Assembly: GCF_009914755.1 (NCBI RefSeq)
Contig: NC_060928.1
Source of the DNA: the human T2T-CHM13v2.0 reference genome, Homo sapiens
Direction: 5' to 3' (one strand)
DNA: 64,000 nucleotides
The notes under the pieces were generated by a model. The model worked only from the letters and a program-made list of their open reading frames with translations. It was not told where the DNA came from and searched no databases. Of this stretch, positions 1-26,505 are shown in pieces. Position 1 is the first letter of the stretch, and every line of letters begins with the position of its first letter. Position numbers and translations under genes: made by a program.

Positions 1-224
1 TCTGTTCTTTTACATTTGCTGAGGAGAGCTGTACTTCCAACTATGTGGTCAATTTTGGAATAGGTGTGGTGTGGTGCTGAAAAAAAATGTGTATTCTGTT
101 GATTTGGGGTGGAGAGTTCTGTGGATGTCTACTAGGTCCGCTTGGTGCCGAGCTGAGTTCAATTCCTGGGTATCCTTGTTGACATTCTGTCTCGTTGATC
201 TGTCTAATGTTGACAGTGGGGTGT
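1..224 (-). mobile_element. L1PA (about L1PA3/4) ORF2 endonuclease-region segment; non-inverted part of a 5'-inverted L1 that continues left of the window
   Basis: Aligns base for base with the minus-strand L1 at 11151-11373 (tctgttcttttacatttgctgagg...gacagtggggtgt) and stops abruptly at 224. Confidence 0.93.
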
Positions 225-1714
225 AGAAAAACCGGAAGCTCTAAAAAGTAGAGCGCCTCTCCTCCTCCAAAGGAACGCAGTTACTCACCAGCAACGGAAC
301 AATACTGGATGGAGAATGACTTTGATGAGTTGAGAGAAGAAGGCTTCAGATGATCAAACTACTCCAAGCTACAGGAGGAAATTCAAAGCAAAGGCAAAGA
401 AGTTAAAAACTTTGAAAAAAATTTAGACGAATGTGCAACTAGAATAACCAATACAGAGAAGTGCTTAAAGGAGCTGATGGACCTGAAAGCCAAGGCTCGA
501 GAACTACGTGAAGAATGCAGAAGCCTCAGGAGCAGATGCGATCAACTGGAAGAAAGGGTATCAGTGATGGAAGATGAAATGAATGAAATGAAGCGAGAAG
601 GGAAGTTTAGAGAAAAAAGAATAAAAAGAAATGAACAAAGCCTCCAAGGAATATGGGACTATGTGAAAAGACCAAATCTACATCTGATTGGTGTACCTGA
701 AAGTGACGGGGAGAATGGAACCAAGTTGGAAAACACTCTGCAGGATATTATCCAGGAGAACTTCCCCAACCTAGAAAGGCAGGCCAACATTCAGATTCAG
801 GAAATACAGAGAATGCCACAAAGATACTCCTCGAGAAGAGCAACTCCAAAACACATAATTGTCAGATTCACAAAGTTGAAATGAAGGAAAAAATGTAAAG
901 GGCAGCCAGAGAGAAAGGTCGGGTTACCCACAAAGGGAAGCCCATCAGACTTACAGCAGATCTCTCGGCAGAAACTTTACAAGCCAGAAGAGAGTGGGGG
1001 CCAATGTTCAACATTCTTAAAGAAAAGAATTTTCAACCCAGAATTTCATATCCAGCCAAACTAAGCTTCGTAAGTGAAGGAGAAATAAAATCCTTTACAG
1101 ACAAGCAAATGCTGAGAGATTTTGTCACCACCAGGCCTGCTCTAATAGAGCTCCTGAAGGAAGCACTAAACATGGAAAGGAACAACCGGTACCAGCCACT
1201 GCAAAATCATGCCAAATTGTAAAGACCATCAAGGCTAGGAAGAAACTGCATGAACTAATGAGCAAAATAACCAGCTAACATCATAATGACAGGATCAAAT
1301 TTACACAAAACATTATTAACTTTAAATGTAAATGGACTAACTGCTCCAATTAAAAGACACAGACTGGCAAGTTGGATAAAGAGTCAAGACCCATCAGTGT
1401 GCTGTATTCAGGAAACCCATCTCACATGCAGAGACACACATAGGCTCAAAATAAAAGGATGGAGGAAGATCTACCAAGCAAATGGAAAACAAAAAAAGGC
1501 AGGGGTTGCAATCCTAGTCTCCGATAAAACAGACTTTAAACCAACAAAGATCTAAAGAGACAAAGAAGGCCATTACATAATGGTAAAGGGATCAATTCAA
1601 AAAGAAGAGCTAACTATCCTAAATATATATGCACCCAATACAGGAGCACCCAGATTCATAAAGCAAGTCCTGAGTGACCTACAAAGAGACTTAGACTCCC
1701 ACACAATAATAATG
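225..1714 (+). mobile_element. Inverted 5' segment of the same L1PA: nearly all of ORF1, the spacer and the start of ORF2 (disrupted)
   Basis: ORFs 477-884 and 1004-1222 are ORF1p (coiled coil, RPNLHLIGVPE, NFQPRISYPAKLSF). ORF 1286-1555 is the ORF2p endonuclease start (MTGSN..LNVNGL..CCIQETHL). Stops and frameshifts are present. Confidence 0.95.
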
Positions 1715-1899
1715 CTAAGAGTAGATTTTAAATGTTCTCAACACACACAGAAAAATTAAGTACATGGGGTAATAAATATGTTAATTAGCTTGATTTAATC
1801 ATTCCACAATATAGGCATATGACAAAACATTACATTGTACACCATAAATCTGTACAATTTTTGTTTTTCAATTTAGAAAATATAAAAATAAAAAATAAA
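1715..1899 (+). mobile_element. L1MA-type 3' end with A-rich tail (target of the L1PA insertion)
   Basis: ctaagagtagattttaaatgttctca...atatgttaattagcttgatttaatcattccacaat...cattgtacaccataaat matches the recalled L1MA 3'UTR and ends in an A-rich tail. Confidence 0.8.
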
Positions 1900-1989
1900 G
1901 ACACACATATAAAGCACATTGCCTACCATGAGGAAGTAGAGTGAAAAAGCAAAGTCACTGAAAAAAGATTGCCTCACCTTAAATCCCCA

Positions 1990-2180
1990 CCCTCCCAATT
2001 ACCAACTGTTTCATCATGTGTGAAATGGTTTTAATACCACCTATTTTACAGGGTGTTTTGAGGAATACATGAGTTGCTAGGTTGTAAAGTACTTTGCTGT
2101 GAGAGCTCTATCAGTGTTAATGAACGTAAAAATCTTTTATTATCTGGTACATGGAAGACACTCAATAAATATTAGCTGCA
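1990..2180 (+). mobile_element. MIR SINE fragment
   Basis: MIR core and 3' end: gtttcatcatgtgtgaaatgg...acagggtgttttgaggaatacatgag...tggtacatggaagacactcaataaatattagct. Confidence 0.65.
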
Positions 2181-3449
2181 TAAACTCTCCAACATGGAGT
2201 GTTAATTCAGATGATGAATTAATATATTTGTCATGTAGAAAATATTCTAGAAATGCAGGGAGTGAGAGAATAGTGAAATTTTGAACAAGCAAACTTCTGA
2301 GTTCCTTTGTGAAATTCTACAAATCACTGCTTTGTAGGGAGTCATACAGATAGATATCCTCTCCTAAACCAAGTATGTTCTTTTCCCATAAACTCCCATT
2401 CCATATGGGTCTAATCTGTATCCAACTTGCAATTTAATGGAGTGGCTAAATGTGCATGCTACCATAAGCCTCAGTAGATAAGAAGAGAGTTATAGCTATA
2501 ATTATATATTTGTGATTTCCTGTTGTAGCAATTTCAATACTACAACAGTATGTTGTAGTATTTATATGAATTTACATGATTTTTTTTTCTAAATCTTATT
2601 TACTGACATATGGATAATGTGACTTCACTGCAAAGATTTTCCTAAAATATTCAGTTTTGTACTTCATATCATTTCCAAGTTTTCAGACTATGCATTCCAT
2701 CCTGGTGAAAATCAATTCTCCATATTTGCTTTAGTGTTCATAGAGAATGAAATTCACAGAAAAAGAATTAAGTTAACATATTTCACTAGTACAATCTAAA
2801 CCAAGATAAATTAGATGCATCTTTTCCTCTAGGCAGTGGAGCAAAAGCAGACTGTAATTTAGTCACAGTGCATATCTAGAAAAATTTACCATTTGTAAAT
2901 ATGTCATAATCTAAGAAAAGGTGGATCTACTATAGTATTTTACAACTTTAATACTGTCTTATGTGTACACAAATTTATGAACTGGATACACTATGTTCTC
3001 TACTAGGTTCACAGTTTTATCTATGCTGCAAATTTATTTCTTTCAATATGAGCTGGAGAATGATTAGGCTAAGCCAACAAAATATAATCATCTACTATGA
3101 ACTAACTGCAGTTCGCCATTACCATGTTGGCGCCTTGAACAGAGGTTAGACATTTTTCAAATTGTTTTATTACTTTGTTGAAAAAATTAGTATCTAAGCT
3201 GATGTAAAAGAAAAAGATACCTATAAATTATTGACAATGGAAGATCCCTGTGTAAATCTGCAAATCTGTATTATGCATAAAGTGGAATGTTTTCCATTTC
3301 CAAAAATAATTTTTGATAGCTGATCAGAACAAAGTAGTTTACTCCCTTTCTTTTTTTCTCATCATTATTCTTATAATCTTCTATTGTTCATAGTCTTGTT
3401 GATTTATTACACGCATGCATCTCTTTTTAAACAAATATGAGGAATATGT

Positions 3450-4670
3450 TTTGTATAATAAATTCCATACACTTAAATATTAAACTTTGACAAATGTAAC
3501 AGACATGCATTCCTTTAAAATCACCACCAAATTTGAGACACAGAAATCTCCTCCAAGAAGCTCCTTGTTCACCTTGGCTTTCTATTTATCATGCCATCAT
3601 TCCCAAAAAAAACATGACTACTTTTTCACTCTAGATCAATTTGCATTTTCTACAATTTTATGTAAAGTTTATACAACATACATTCTTTTTATCTGATTCT
3701 TCAACTTCAATTTAACATGATTTTAAGATTCGTCATCATAGATGACCTATGTATCAGTAGTTTATTCCATTTTATTGCTGAGATGTATTTCATTGTATGG
3801 ATATATCACAATAGCTTTAGCTATTTACCAGCTGATGAGCATTTGTGTTGTTGCCAGTTTTGACTATTGAAAAAAAATCTGCTGTGAACATTTGTAAACA
3901 AATGCTTCTATAGACATATTTTTATTTTATAGGGGTAAATGCCTTTGAGTAGAATAGGTGGGTTATACGGTAGGTATATGTTTACTTTTATTAGAAACTG
4001 TTAAACTATTTCTCATGGCTGTACTATTTATATCACCATTCACAGTGTAACAGATTTTTAAATTTCTGCATTTTTGCTACCTCTGATTTTATCACTCTTT
4101 TTAATTTTTGCCTCTCTACTATGTATGCATTTAATTGTGGTTTATTTTGAATTCCCATGATCATTAATAATTTGAGCATCTTAGTCATTCTTAACTCTCT
4201 ATAAAGTGCATTTTCAAATCCTTTGCTCATTCTATTGGATTTATCTTATTTTTAAGTTTTAAAAGTTTTGTATATACTCTGAATAAAATCTAGTTGTCTA
4301 TATACATGTTGTTAATATTTGTTCTAATCTGTGGCTTGCTTTTATGTTTTGTTAGTGGTATCTGTCAAAGAGAAAAATATTTCATTTTTGAGAAAGTCCA
4401 GGTCAAGCCCACACAGATATTTTCTTACATTTCCTTCCAGGAGTTTTATAGCATTACCCTTCACATTTAGGCAAATGATTTATTTTGAGTTAATTTTTGT
4501 ATATCAATTTGAAATAAGGTTGATATTTGTTATTTCCATAAGGTTATCCTACTGTTACAGTAAATATTTTTGAAGACTATCCTTTCTCATTAAATTGCCT
4601 TATTGTCTTTGTTGTAAATTAATTGACCATATACATAGTATGGATCTAATTTTTCAATTTCTTTCTTGAT
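3450..4670 (-). mobile_element. Ancient L1M (L1MC/MD/ME-type) 3' region
   Basis: Degenerate antisense L1 3' motifs: tttattgctgagatgtatttcattgtatggatatatcaca, ctgctgtgaacattt, ttttgagttaatttttgtata, aattgaccatat. Confidence 0.7.
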
Positions 4671-4739
4671 ATATATCTTTTCATATATATATATTCTAAT
4701 ATGTATATCAAAAAATATTTTATTGTAATTACCAACAAA

Positions 4740-5900
<1,161 letters not shown>

Positions 5901-5914
5901 ACTAACTAGTCATA

Positions 5915-6207
5915 TTAGTTGTTGGCAGGAGGCCTTAGTTCCTTGCCACATGGTCCTCTCTATAAGGTTGCTTGAGTGTTCTTAAAACTTGGCTGTTATC
6001 TTCCCACAAAGCAAGTGATCCAAAAGAGCGTATGTGAGGAAGAAACTGCAATGCCTGGTATAACTCCATCCAAAAGTCATATATACTTTCACTTTCACCA
6101 CATTGTAGTCATTGTATGTGAGTCACTAAGTCCACAATTTAGGTGAGAAAAGTCTTTTGAAGAGAGTAATTTCAAGGAATGTGTGGACATATTTAAAAAT
6201 CACCACA
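5915..6207 (-). mobile_element. MLT1 (MaLR) LTR fragment
   Basis: Ends in the MLT1 terminus ggaatgtgtggacatatttaaaaatcaccaca; internal ggccttagttccttgccacatgg and gtgagtcactaagtcca. Confidence 0.65.
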
Positions 6208-6609
6208 GGTATTGTGAGTGTTTAACAGCTGAAAGTAATAAATATTATTTTTTGTCACCACAATATTCAGAGGCTCGTTTTTTTGTGAAAAGGAAACCAT
6301 TTTGCTCTGGAGAAATTATACTTTACTCATTTATCACCTAGATATGGTGGGACAGTGAGCCCAGCAGCGCTCCACTCACTCCCTGACTCATGGTAATCTA
6401 GGAGAGGCCACTGGACACTGAGGAAGTAAAAACTTGATGAGTGACTTCACAGCACCTGCTGTTTTTGTGTATCTGCCATGGGTCTTTTCTGGTAACTTAT
6501 TGCTCCATTTCAGGGCATACAGTGATCAATTCAGGAGCACAGACATAAATAATCATAAATAATTCTGAGCAATCATAGACCACCTCTATTCTTCTATGTA
6601 GAGTATTGA

Positions 6610-6800
6610 TCTTCGTGTCAGACTCTTTAGGTTGGGATACTGGGTCCATCACTATAGAGATGGGTAATCTCATTACATTTCCTACGGCCTTGAAAAAAAT
6701 TGCTTAAACTTCTTTGAATTCCAGTTTCCTCATATCTAAAATTGAGATTAAAAAAAAGTACCTGTCTCACTGGTTGTTATGCATATTAAAAGAGTTAAAA
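6610..6800 (+). mobile_element. MIR SINE
   Basis: cttaaacttctttgaattccagtttcctcatatctaaaattgagatt...ggttgttatgcatattaaa is the MIR core. Confidence 0.7.
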
Positions 6801-7034
6801 CAGGTAGTTATATATTTATGCTTATATGTATAATTGTGCTTATATTTATAATTATAAATATTCATATATACTTATTCATATACATTTATATTTACATATA
6901 TTTATGTGTAGCCCCAGAGAGGATCTGAATCTGTGTCTATTGACATCTGATTTCTTCGACATACAGAAAAAGACTTTTGGAGGAATAAAATCCAACAAAA
7001 AGAATGAAAATTAAAAGGTAGTAACAATATCATG

Positions 7035-7164
7035 ATTTGAAACCCTGAATCCAGATGTGTCTGAATCCATATGCGGACTCCACTATTCAGAAAGCCAATC
7101 AACTTCCTTTCTTGTTGCCTAAGTTAATTTCAAACTTGCATTTGAAAGGATCCTGAGAAATACA
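7035..7164 (+). mobile_element. MLT1 LTR 3' end fragment
   Basis: ctgaatccagatgtgtctgaa...agccaatcaacttcc...acttgcatttgaaaggatcctgagaaataca resembles MLT1 U5 ending in ...aataca. Confidence 0.55.
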
Positions 7165-7750
7165 GTATGTAAAACTAGTAGCACTGGTCTTAATAGCATG
7201 AGTTACCAAGAATGTTGACTTCTGTTGCCCACAGTCATTATAGTACATAAAATTTTAATAAAGAGAAAACTGAAGATGCTAATAAATTTTGAATGGTAAG
7301 TGGTGATCTTAGTATCCAAGTAGGTGAGCTGGAATGGGGGAATTGATTTGAAATTCTCACTTACTGGATCATTGTCTAGGAAGATTTGATCTCTGCCCTG
7401 AAACAGGAAGGGTAGTTCAGATGAAGTGAGTCCTGATCAATTGCCCAGAGGGAAAAGAAATTATCAAAAAATAAATGCCAAAAGTTATACCAAAAAGGGT
7501 AGGGGCAAGGGTAAGTGGATGTTGGTATTAGAGAATTACAAAAAATCTTTAACATCTTTAAAATTTTGCTTAAAAGTTTTATGTAATTTTTGTCTATTTC
7601 AAAGCACTAATAAATTATATTAACCAATTCCCTATCCACCAATTTCTTACCCTGAATACCTCAGTTTTATACCCAAATATTTCCAAAGTTATTTTGATGC
7701 AGTAAAGAATTTTAAATATCTAATAACTTAAGTTTGTGATACCTCTTGGT

Positions 7751-12257
<4,507 letters not shown>

Positions 12258-14759
12258 ATTTAAGACGATATAGACTGAAACTTGCTATAAAAGATATGAC
12301 TATTTTCCCTTTGAAATTACGTGTGAATTTGTATATTGTATATATAAGTGTATATATAGACTCACATAATAACATATGTATTCTCCTTAACCAAACAATT
12401 TTGTACTATATTCTCTATTTTTTGCTAAAGCTTATTTTGAAAAGTGATATGACAAGTTACCATTGAGACAATTCATGTGAAAAAGAAAAGAATAGGAAAA
12501 AATTGAATAATTATCTTCAATAGAAAATAAAAGTATTATTTACTTCCTAGTGCTCAATAAAAGATGTAACATTCATCTGTTCAAACAATGGAAATTAAAT
12601 GACCACAAGGAAAATAATATGAATGCTACTTTTTTGATAAAGAAAACATTTTTAAAAATCAATTGCCATAATATTAGCAGCAAATCTTGGTTAGTATTCT
12701 AACCAGGAACTGAGAAATGATTACTAATACTAATAATGAATAACATAAAATGAAATCAGACCAACTTTGCAGAGACGATAACAAATGCCTTTGTGTCCAT
12801 TATAATTTATTCAGTTAAGTCACATGCAAAATATAACTAAAATCAACCACTGATAACAAATATAAAGTGTCCAACAACATCTAAAAAATGAGGAATGTTT
12901 CAAAATATTGAAACTGAAAAATATTTTGACACCTGAAATGATTGATTCAATTTTTTATTATTTGCTCAGACATATAATCTTCATGTAGGAAAAGCTTTCG
13001 TGTCACAATTTTATCAATATTATTTGTTAGAAGCACACAATCATATTATAAGTTGGTAGCAAGTAGATTGTAAAAATGCAAAATTAGGGTTCATAGATAT
13101 AGCCTGGTACTGCAATATCCCATTCTTTTGAACATCATGGCAAATTCAGGATAAATATTTGAAAGTAGCAATTTTGTAAATTGAAATAACTCCAATTTTC
13201 ACTGCTCTGTTTTATTAATACATATTCTAATTACTCTTTATTATCCATGCCATGGGCCATGTTTTGGAATGCTAAGCAACAGAAGTTAGTAGATTTACTT
13301 TGGCCTTAAACAGATTTTGCATTTGAAAAATTTAATCCACAAAAGGGATTTAAAGGAAGAAAAAAAAATGACCCATTTCTTCTGAGCCTGAAAAAGGCAC
13401 ATCATGCAGAGGAGACCTGGATGCAACCATAGTGAGGAATGACTTATATTCACACCACATGCTAATATTTCAGATTTCACTGCTGTCTTTTCACAGTGAA
13501 AATAGCCCACACTTTTGGCCTCATGTTGAGTAACACACCTGGTAGTGGGAAGAAGATCTTGAAGCAGATGAACTGCTACATTGCTTATAGCACTCACTCT
13601 GTGGGGCAGCTGTGCTCATTTTGAGCTCTGCTGTGGATGAAAAGACAAACCAATAACCTGTGGAAAGTCGAAACACACATAAAATGAACCTTGATAGGCC
13701 AATAATGGAGAAACCAATCAAAAGACAACATATTAGCCAGCACACTAACTCTGATTGATTCACTATGCTTTCTCTAACAAGGCACTTATGCTCCTTGTTA
13801 ATGTAACTGGCTTGTTCTCTTTTCTCTAAATTTTGAATGTTTATAAAGCTAGTCCCTTTAAAAAAATGTTTTATATCTTTTTTCTCAAGTGTTACATTGA
13901 CAGTCTCGTATAGGATTTTATATAATATTTGTTTTCCCCTTGTTCTTCATAATCATTTAGCTTTTGTGTATTATAATTATTATTACCTTTAATCATATTA
14001 TTTTCTCAACAAATAATTGTTCCCTAATATCATTGTTATTATTATTCTTTTCCTAATAAATGATCAGTGTAAAAGAATCATATCAATATATCCTAGAATA
14101 ACCATCCTATTCTTTAAATGCCTATGAAAAAGAATTCTACATTCTCATTTCCAAATTTTCACATTCATAAAGTTCTTTCACATGCCTGAAGTCCTTCCTT
14201 TCATCAAACCTAAACTATTCCTATTTCAAATTATATCCATTTGCTGTGGGTCATTGAAAATAGGCAACTGTTGATTGTGTTTTCTGCACAGTGAATATTA
14301 AAGATGAAATTGTCAAGGAACCATTGAAATGCGACATCTTAAATCACGAAGACAGAAGATATCTTGAAAGTTCATTGTCTTATCTTGAAGTCAATATCTA
14401 ATTAACATCAGGAACACTGACAATTATTTTTCTGATTAATACTCCAAAACATAAGTAACCAAATTAGGTCTTTGCTGCAATAACATTATGGCAAATTTAT
14501 TGTTTTAAATTAATTATACCATCTTACACTGTTGTGTTTAATTATTAGTAAGTTTATTTACCTGACCTTTCATTGACTCAGTGGTCTTTTCCTTATACAA
14601 AACAACCTTATGTATCTAACCAATTAGAACATGATTTATAATTTTTTGAGCAAGATAATATAAGAATATTATTGATGGTATTTTCCTATGCTTTTGAATG
14701 GTATACTAATTGATTTTTAAATGACTCATATATATCAAACCTCAGTTTAATTTATTTAA

Positions 14760-14972
14760 CAAACACATTTGTTGCACTCGCCATGTACCAGGCATAATTA
14801 TAAGTGCTTTAATAATATTAATTCATTTAATCTTATTAACAATAAATTATATTCTAATCACAATTCTAGTGTTGAGAAATGCACCAAAGTAACACTGAAT
14901 ATAATATAAGTAGTAGAGATGGAATTTGAACCCAGATAACACCAGTTCCAGAGTTAGTTCTCTTAAACACTG
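14760..14972 (-). mobile_element. MIR SINE
   Basis: atttgttgcactcgccatgtaccaggca...tcatttaatctt...agagatggaatttgaacccaga...ctcttaaacact. Confidence 0.75.
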
Positions 14973-14999
14973 TTTCATGAAATCAAAAAGGAAAGGGAG

Positions 15000-18203
<3,204 letters not shown>

Positions 18204-18429
18204 CCCTGATTTTTCTTTAATGAAGCATTCACTTAGCCACACATGTATTTTCCAAGTGTACAACTTTATCTCAAAATAGATATTTTTTATCTTAAATCTC
18301 ATTTGGGGCACAAGAATTCATCGGGTCTTTCAAACCAAATATCAGAAAGTCATTGTATATGTCATGTTTCTTTCATGCCAGATCTAATGTGGCTCTTCTG
18401 CTTTCTTAACAGTTCCACACATATCTCCC

Positions 18430-18610
18430 TTTCTTGTCAATCACTTCAACAAATCCTCCTTCCAGGATTCTAATACTTCTTTCTTGTGTGATAGAAATTG
18501 CCTGCTAATCACTACATTCTGGTTATCTTCCACTTTATCCTCCATAATACTACCAAAGTGGTATTTTAAAACTTAACCTTTATGATATTATCATTCATGA
18601 CTAGGATGTC
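18430..18610 (+). mobile_element. Possible L2 fragment
   Basis: aattgcctgctaatcact...tcctccataatactaccaaagtggtattttaaaact resembles L2 ORF2 3' sequence; very degenerate. Confidence 0.35.
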
Positions 18611-19029
18611 AAATGTAATTTAAAGTAGATGTAGGAGTAGGTTTTCTTTCTCTCAGTAGAACTTAAATATATAAATACATTTTTTGTAAACTTCAATTAA
18701 TACTATTTTAAAGCAGGTTTAATTCAATTATTGGATGAAGTAATAGGACCAAATTCAATGAATAGAACAAATTCACAAGGGTCTAATGTTTCAAAGAAAA
18801 TTGAATGATATTCTTCAAGTTACAGAAATTCACCACAATTGGAGCTTATTGTAGCATTTGTTATCTTAGGAGCTGACCACCTAATTAAGCTAAGTTCACT
18901 ATAGTCATAGGGATCATCCAAAAGATTAAACTTTAGGTCTAGCCATTCAGAATAACTCCAGAGTGCTTGCAGTGATAATTTTGTTATTTTTCAAGATGGC
19001 TAGTAGAGTTACAGACAGGACTTTCACAG

Positions 19030-19206
19030 AGTCATAGATATTGCATTTTCAATTGAAAAAATGCCTGAAGGGCCTAACACTCTCACTTCACAAATACTGT
19101 CATCTAGGGAGAGACACTGGAGGGGTTGCTCAAATTTCTAGCACTAGAGGTGACGGATAAGAGAAGAAACCAGGTCTTTGAACTCTCGATACCCACTGCC
19201 CTTTCC
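19030..19206 (-). mobile_element. Possible MIR/MIR3 fragment
   Basis: ttgctcaaatttctagcactagaggtgac...agaaaccaggtctttgaactc...cactgccctttcc. Confidence 0.4.
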
Positions 19207-19214
19207 TTCAGTAT

Positions 19215-19574
19215 TGATATGGTTTGGCTATGTCCCCACCTAAATCCCATCTTGATTTTTAGCTTCCATGATTCCCAGGTGTTGTGGGAGGGACCTGGTG
19301 GGAGATAATTTAATCATGGGGGAAGGTCTTTACCGTGCCATTCTCATGATAGTGAATAAGTCTCATGAGATCTGATGGTTTTATAAAGGGGAGTTCCTCT
19401 GCACAAGGTCTCTTCTCTTGTCTGCCACCATATGAGACATGTCTTTCACCTTCCACCATGATTGTGAGGCCCCCACCAGACACATGGAACTGTGAGTCTA
19501 TTAAACCTCTTTCTTTTATAAATTGCCCAGTCTCAGATATGTCTTTATTAGCAGTGGGAAAATGGACTAATATA
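19215..19574 (+). mobile_element. THE1 (B/C-like) 5' LTR
   Basis: Starts tgatatggtttggct and ends ggactaatata, followed by gtaaattggtacc; 5-bp TSD agtat (19210-19214) / ggtat (26506-26510) flanks the whole provirus. Confidence 0.93.
19306..19316 (+). promoter_or_regulatory. DUX4 consensus motif (TAAYYYAATCA) in the THE1 5' LTR
   Basis: Sequence TAATTTAATCA; the matching position in the 3' LTR reads TATTTGAATCA. Motif match only. Confidence 0.45.
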
Positions 19575-20989
19575 GTAAATTGGTACCAAGAGCGAGGTGC
19601 TGCTGTAAAGATACCTGAATATGTGGAAAAAACTTTGGTACTGGATAATAGGCAGAAGTTGGAACAGTTTGGAGGGCTCAGAAGACAGGAAAATGTGGGA
19701 AAGTTTGGAACTCCCTAGAGGCTTGTTAAATGGCTTTGACCAAAATGCTGGTAATGATACGGACAATGAAATCCAGGCTGAAGTGGTCTCAAATGGAGAT
19801 GAGGAACTTGTTGGTAACTAGTGCACAGGTGATTCTTGTTATGTTTTAGCAAAGAGACTGTGGCATGTTGCCCCTACCCTAGAGATCTGTGGAACTTTGA
19901 ACTTGAGAGAGATGATTTGGGGTATCTGGCTGAAGAAATTTCTAAGCAGCAGAGCATTCAAGAGGTGACTTGAGTGCTGTTAAAGGCATTCAGTTTTAAA
20001 AGGGAAACAGAGCATAAAAGTTTGGAAAACTTGCAGCCTGACAATGTGATAAACAAGAAAATCCCATTTTCTGAGGAGAAATTCAAGCCAGCTGCAGAAA
20101 TTTGCGTAAGTAACGAGGAGCTGAATGTTAATCACCAAGACAATGGGGAGAATGCCTCCAGGGCATGTCAGAGAAATTTGTGGCAACCTCTCCCATCACA
20201 GGCCCAGAGGGCTAGGAGAAAAAAAACGATTTCAAAGGCCGGACCCAGAATCCCTCTGTTGTGTGCAGTCTATGGACTTGGTGCCCTGTGCCCCAGCCAC
20301 TCAAGCCATGAATAAAAGGGGCCAAGATGCAGTTCAGGCCATGACTTCAGAGGGTGCAAGCCCCAAGCCTTGGCAGCTCCCCTGTGGTTTTGAGCCTGCA
20401 GTGCACAGAAGTCAATAATTGAGGTTTGTGAACCTCCCTAGGTTTCAGAGGATGTGTGGAAATGCCTAGGTGTCCAGGCAGATGTTTGCTGCAGGGGCAG
20501 GGTGCTCATGGAGAACCTGTGGTGGGGAAGTGTGGAAGGGAAATGTGGGGTGGGTGTCCCCACACAGAGTCCCCACTGGGGTGCTACCTTGGGATCCCAT
20601 CCCATGGGGTCACATCTCTTGCATCAGTGTGACCTGGTTGTGAGACTTGGAGTCAAAGGAGATCATTTTGGAGCTTTAAGATTTTACTGCCCTGTTGGAT
20701 TTTGGACGTCCACGGGGCCTTTAGCCCCTTTGTTTTGGCCAATTTTTCCCATTTGGAATGGCTGTATTTACCCAATGCCTGTACCCCCCTGGTATCCAGG
20801 AAGTAACTAACTTGGTTTTGAATTTACAGGCTCATAGGCAGAAGGGACTTGCCTTGTCTCAGATGAGACTTTGGACTATGGACTTTTGAGTTAATGTTGA
20901 AATGAGTTAAGACTTTGGGGAACTGTTGGGAAGGCATAATTGGTTTTGAAATGTGAGGAGATGAGATTTGGGAGGGGCCAGGGAAAGAA
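19575..20989 (+). mobile_element. THE1 internal region (non-autonomous MaLR) with an internal deletion
   Basis: Typical THE1-int (ggaacagtttggagggctcagaagacaggaaaatgtgggaaag; ORF fragment WNSLEGSEDRKMWESLELPRGLLNG); polypurine tract gggaggggccagggaaagaa before the 3' LTR. Confidence 0.92.
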
Positions 20990-21285
20990 TGATATGGTTT
21001 GGCTGTGTCTTCACCCAAATCTCCTCCTGAATTCTAGCCCCCATAATTCCCACATGTTGTGGGAGGGACCTGGTGGGAGATATTTGAATCACCGCGTGGG
21101 TATTTTCCATGCTATTCTCATGATAGTGACTAAGTCTCATGAGATCTAATGGTTTTATAAAGGGCAGTTTCCCTGCACATGCTCTCTTCTCTTGTCTGCC
21201 ACCATGTGAGTCATGCCTTTTACCTTCCACTGTGATTGTGAGGCCTCCTCTGCCACATGAAACTGTGTGTTCATTAAACCTCTTT
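20990..21285 (+). mobile_element. THE1 3' LTR, left part (split by an L1 insertion)
   Basis: Direct repeat of 19215-19513, interrupted just after attaaacctcttt. Confidence 0.92.
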
Positions 21286-26434
<5,149 letters not shown>

Positions 26435-26505
26435 AACTTCTTTCTTTTGTAAATTTCCCAGTCTCAAATATGTCTTTATCAGCAGCAGGAAAACAGACTA
26501 ACACA
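26435..26505 (+). mobile_element. THE1 3' LTR, right part
   Basis: ctttcttttgtaaatttcccagtctcaaatatgtctttatcagcagcaggaaaacagactaacaca matches 19505-19574. Confidence 0.92.
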
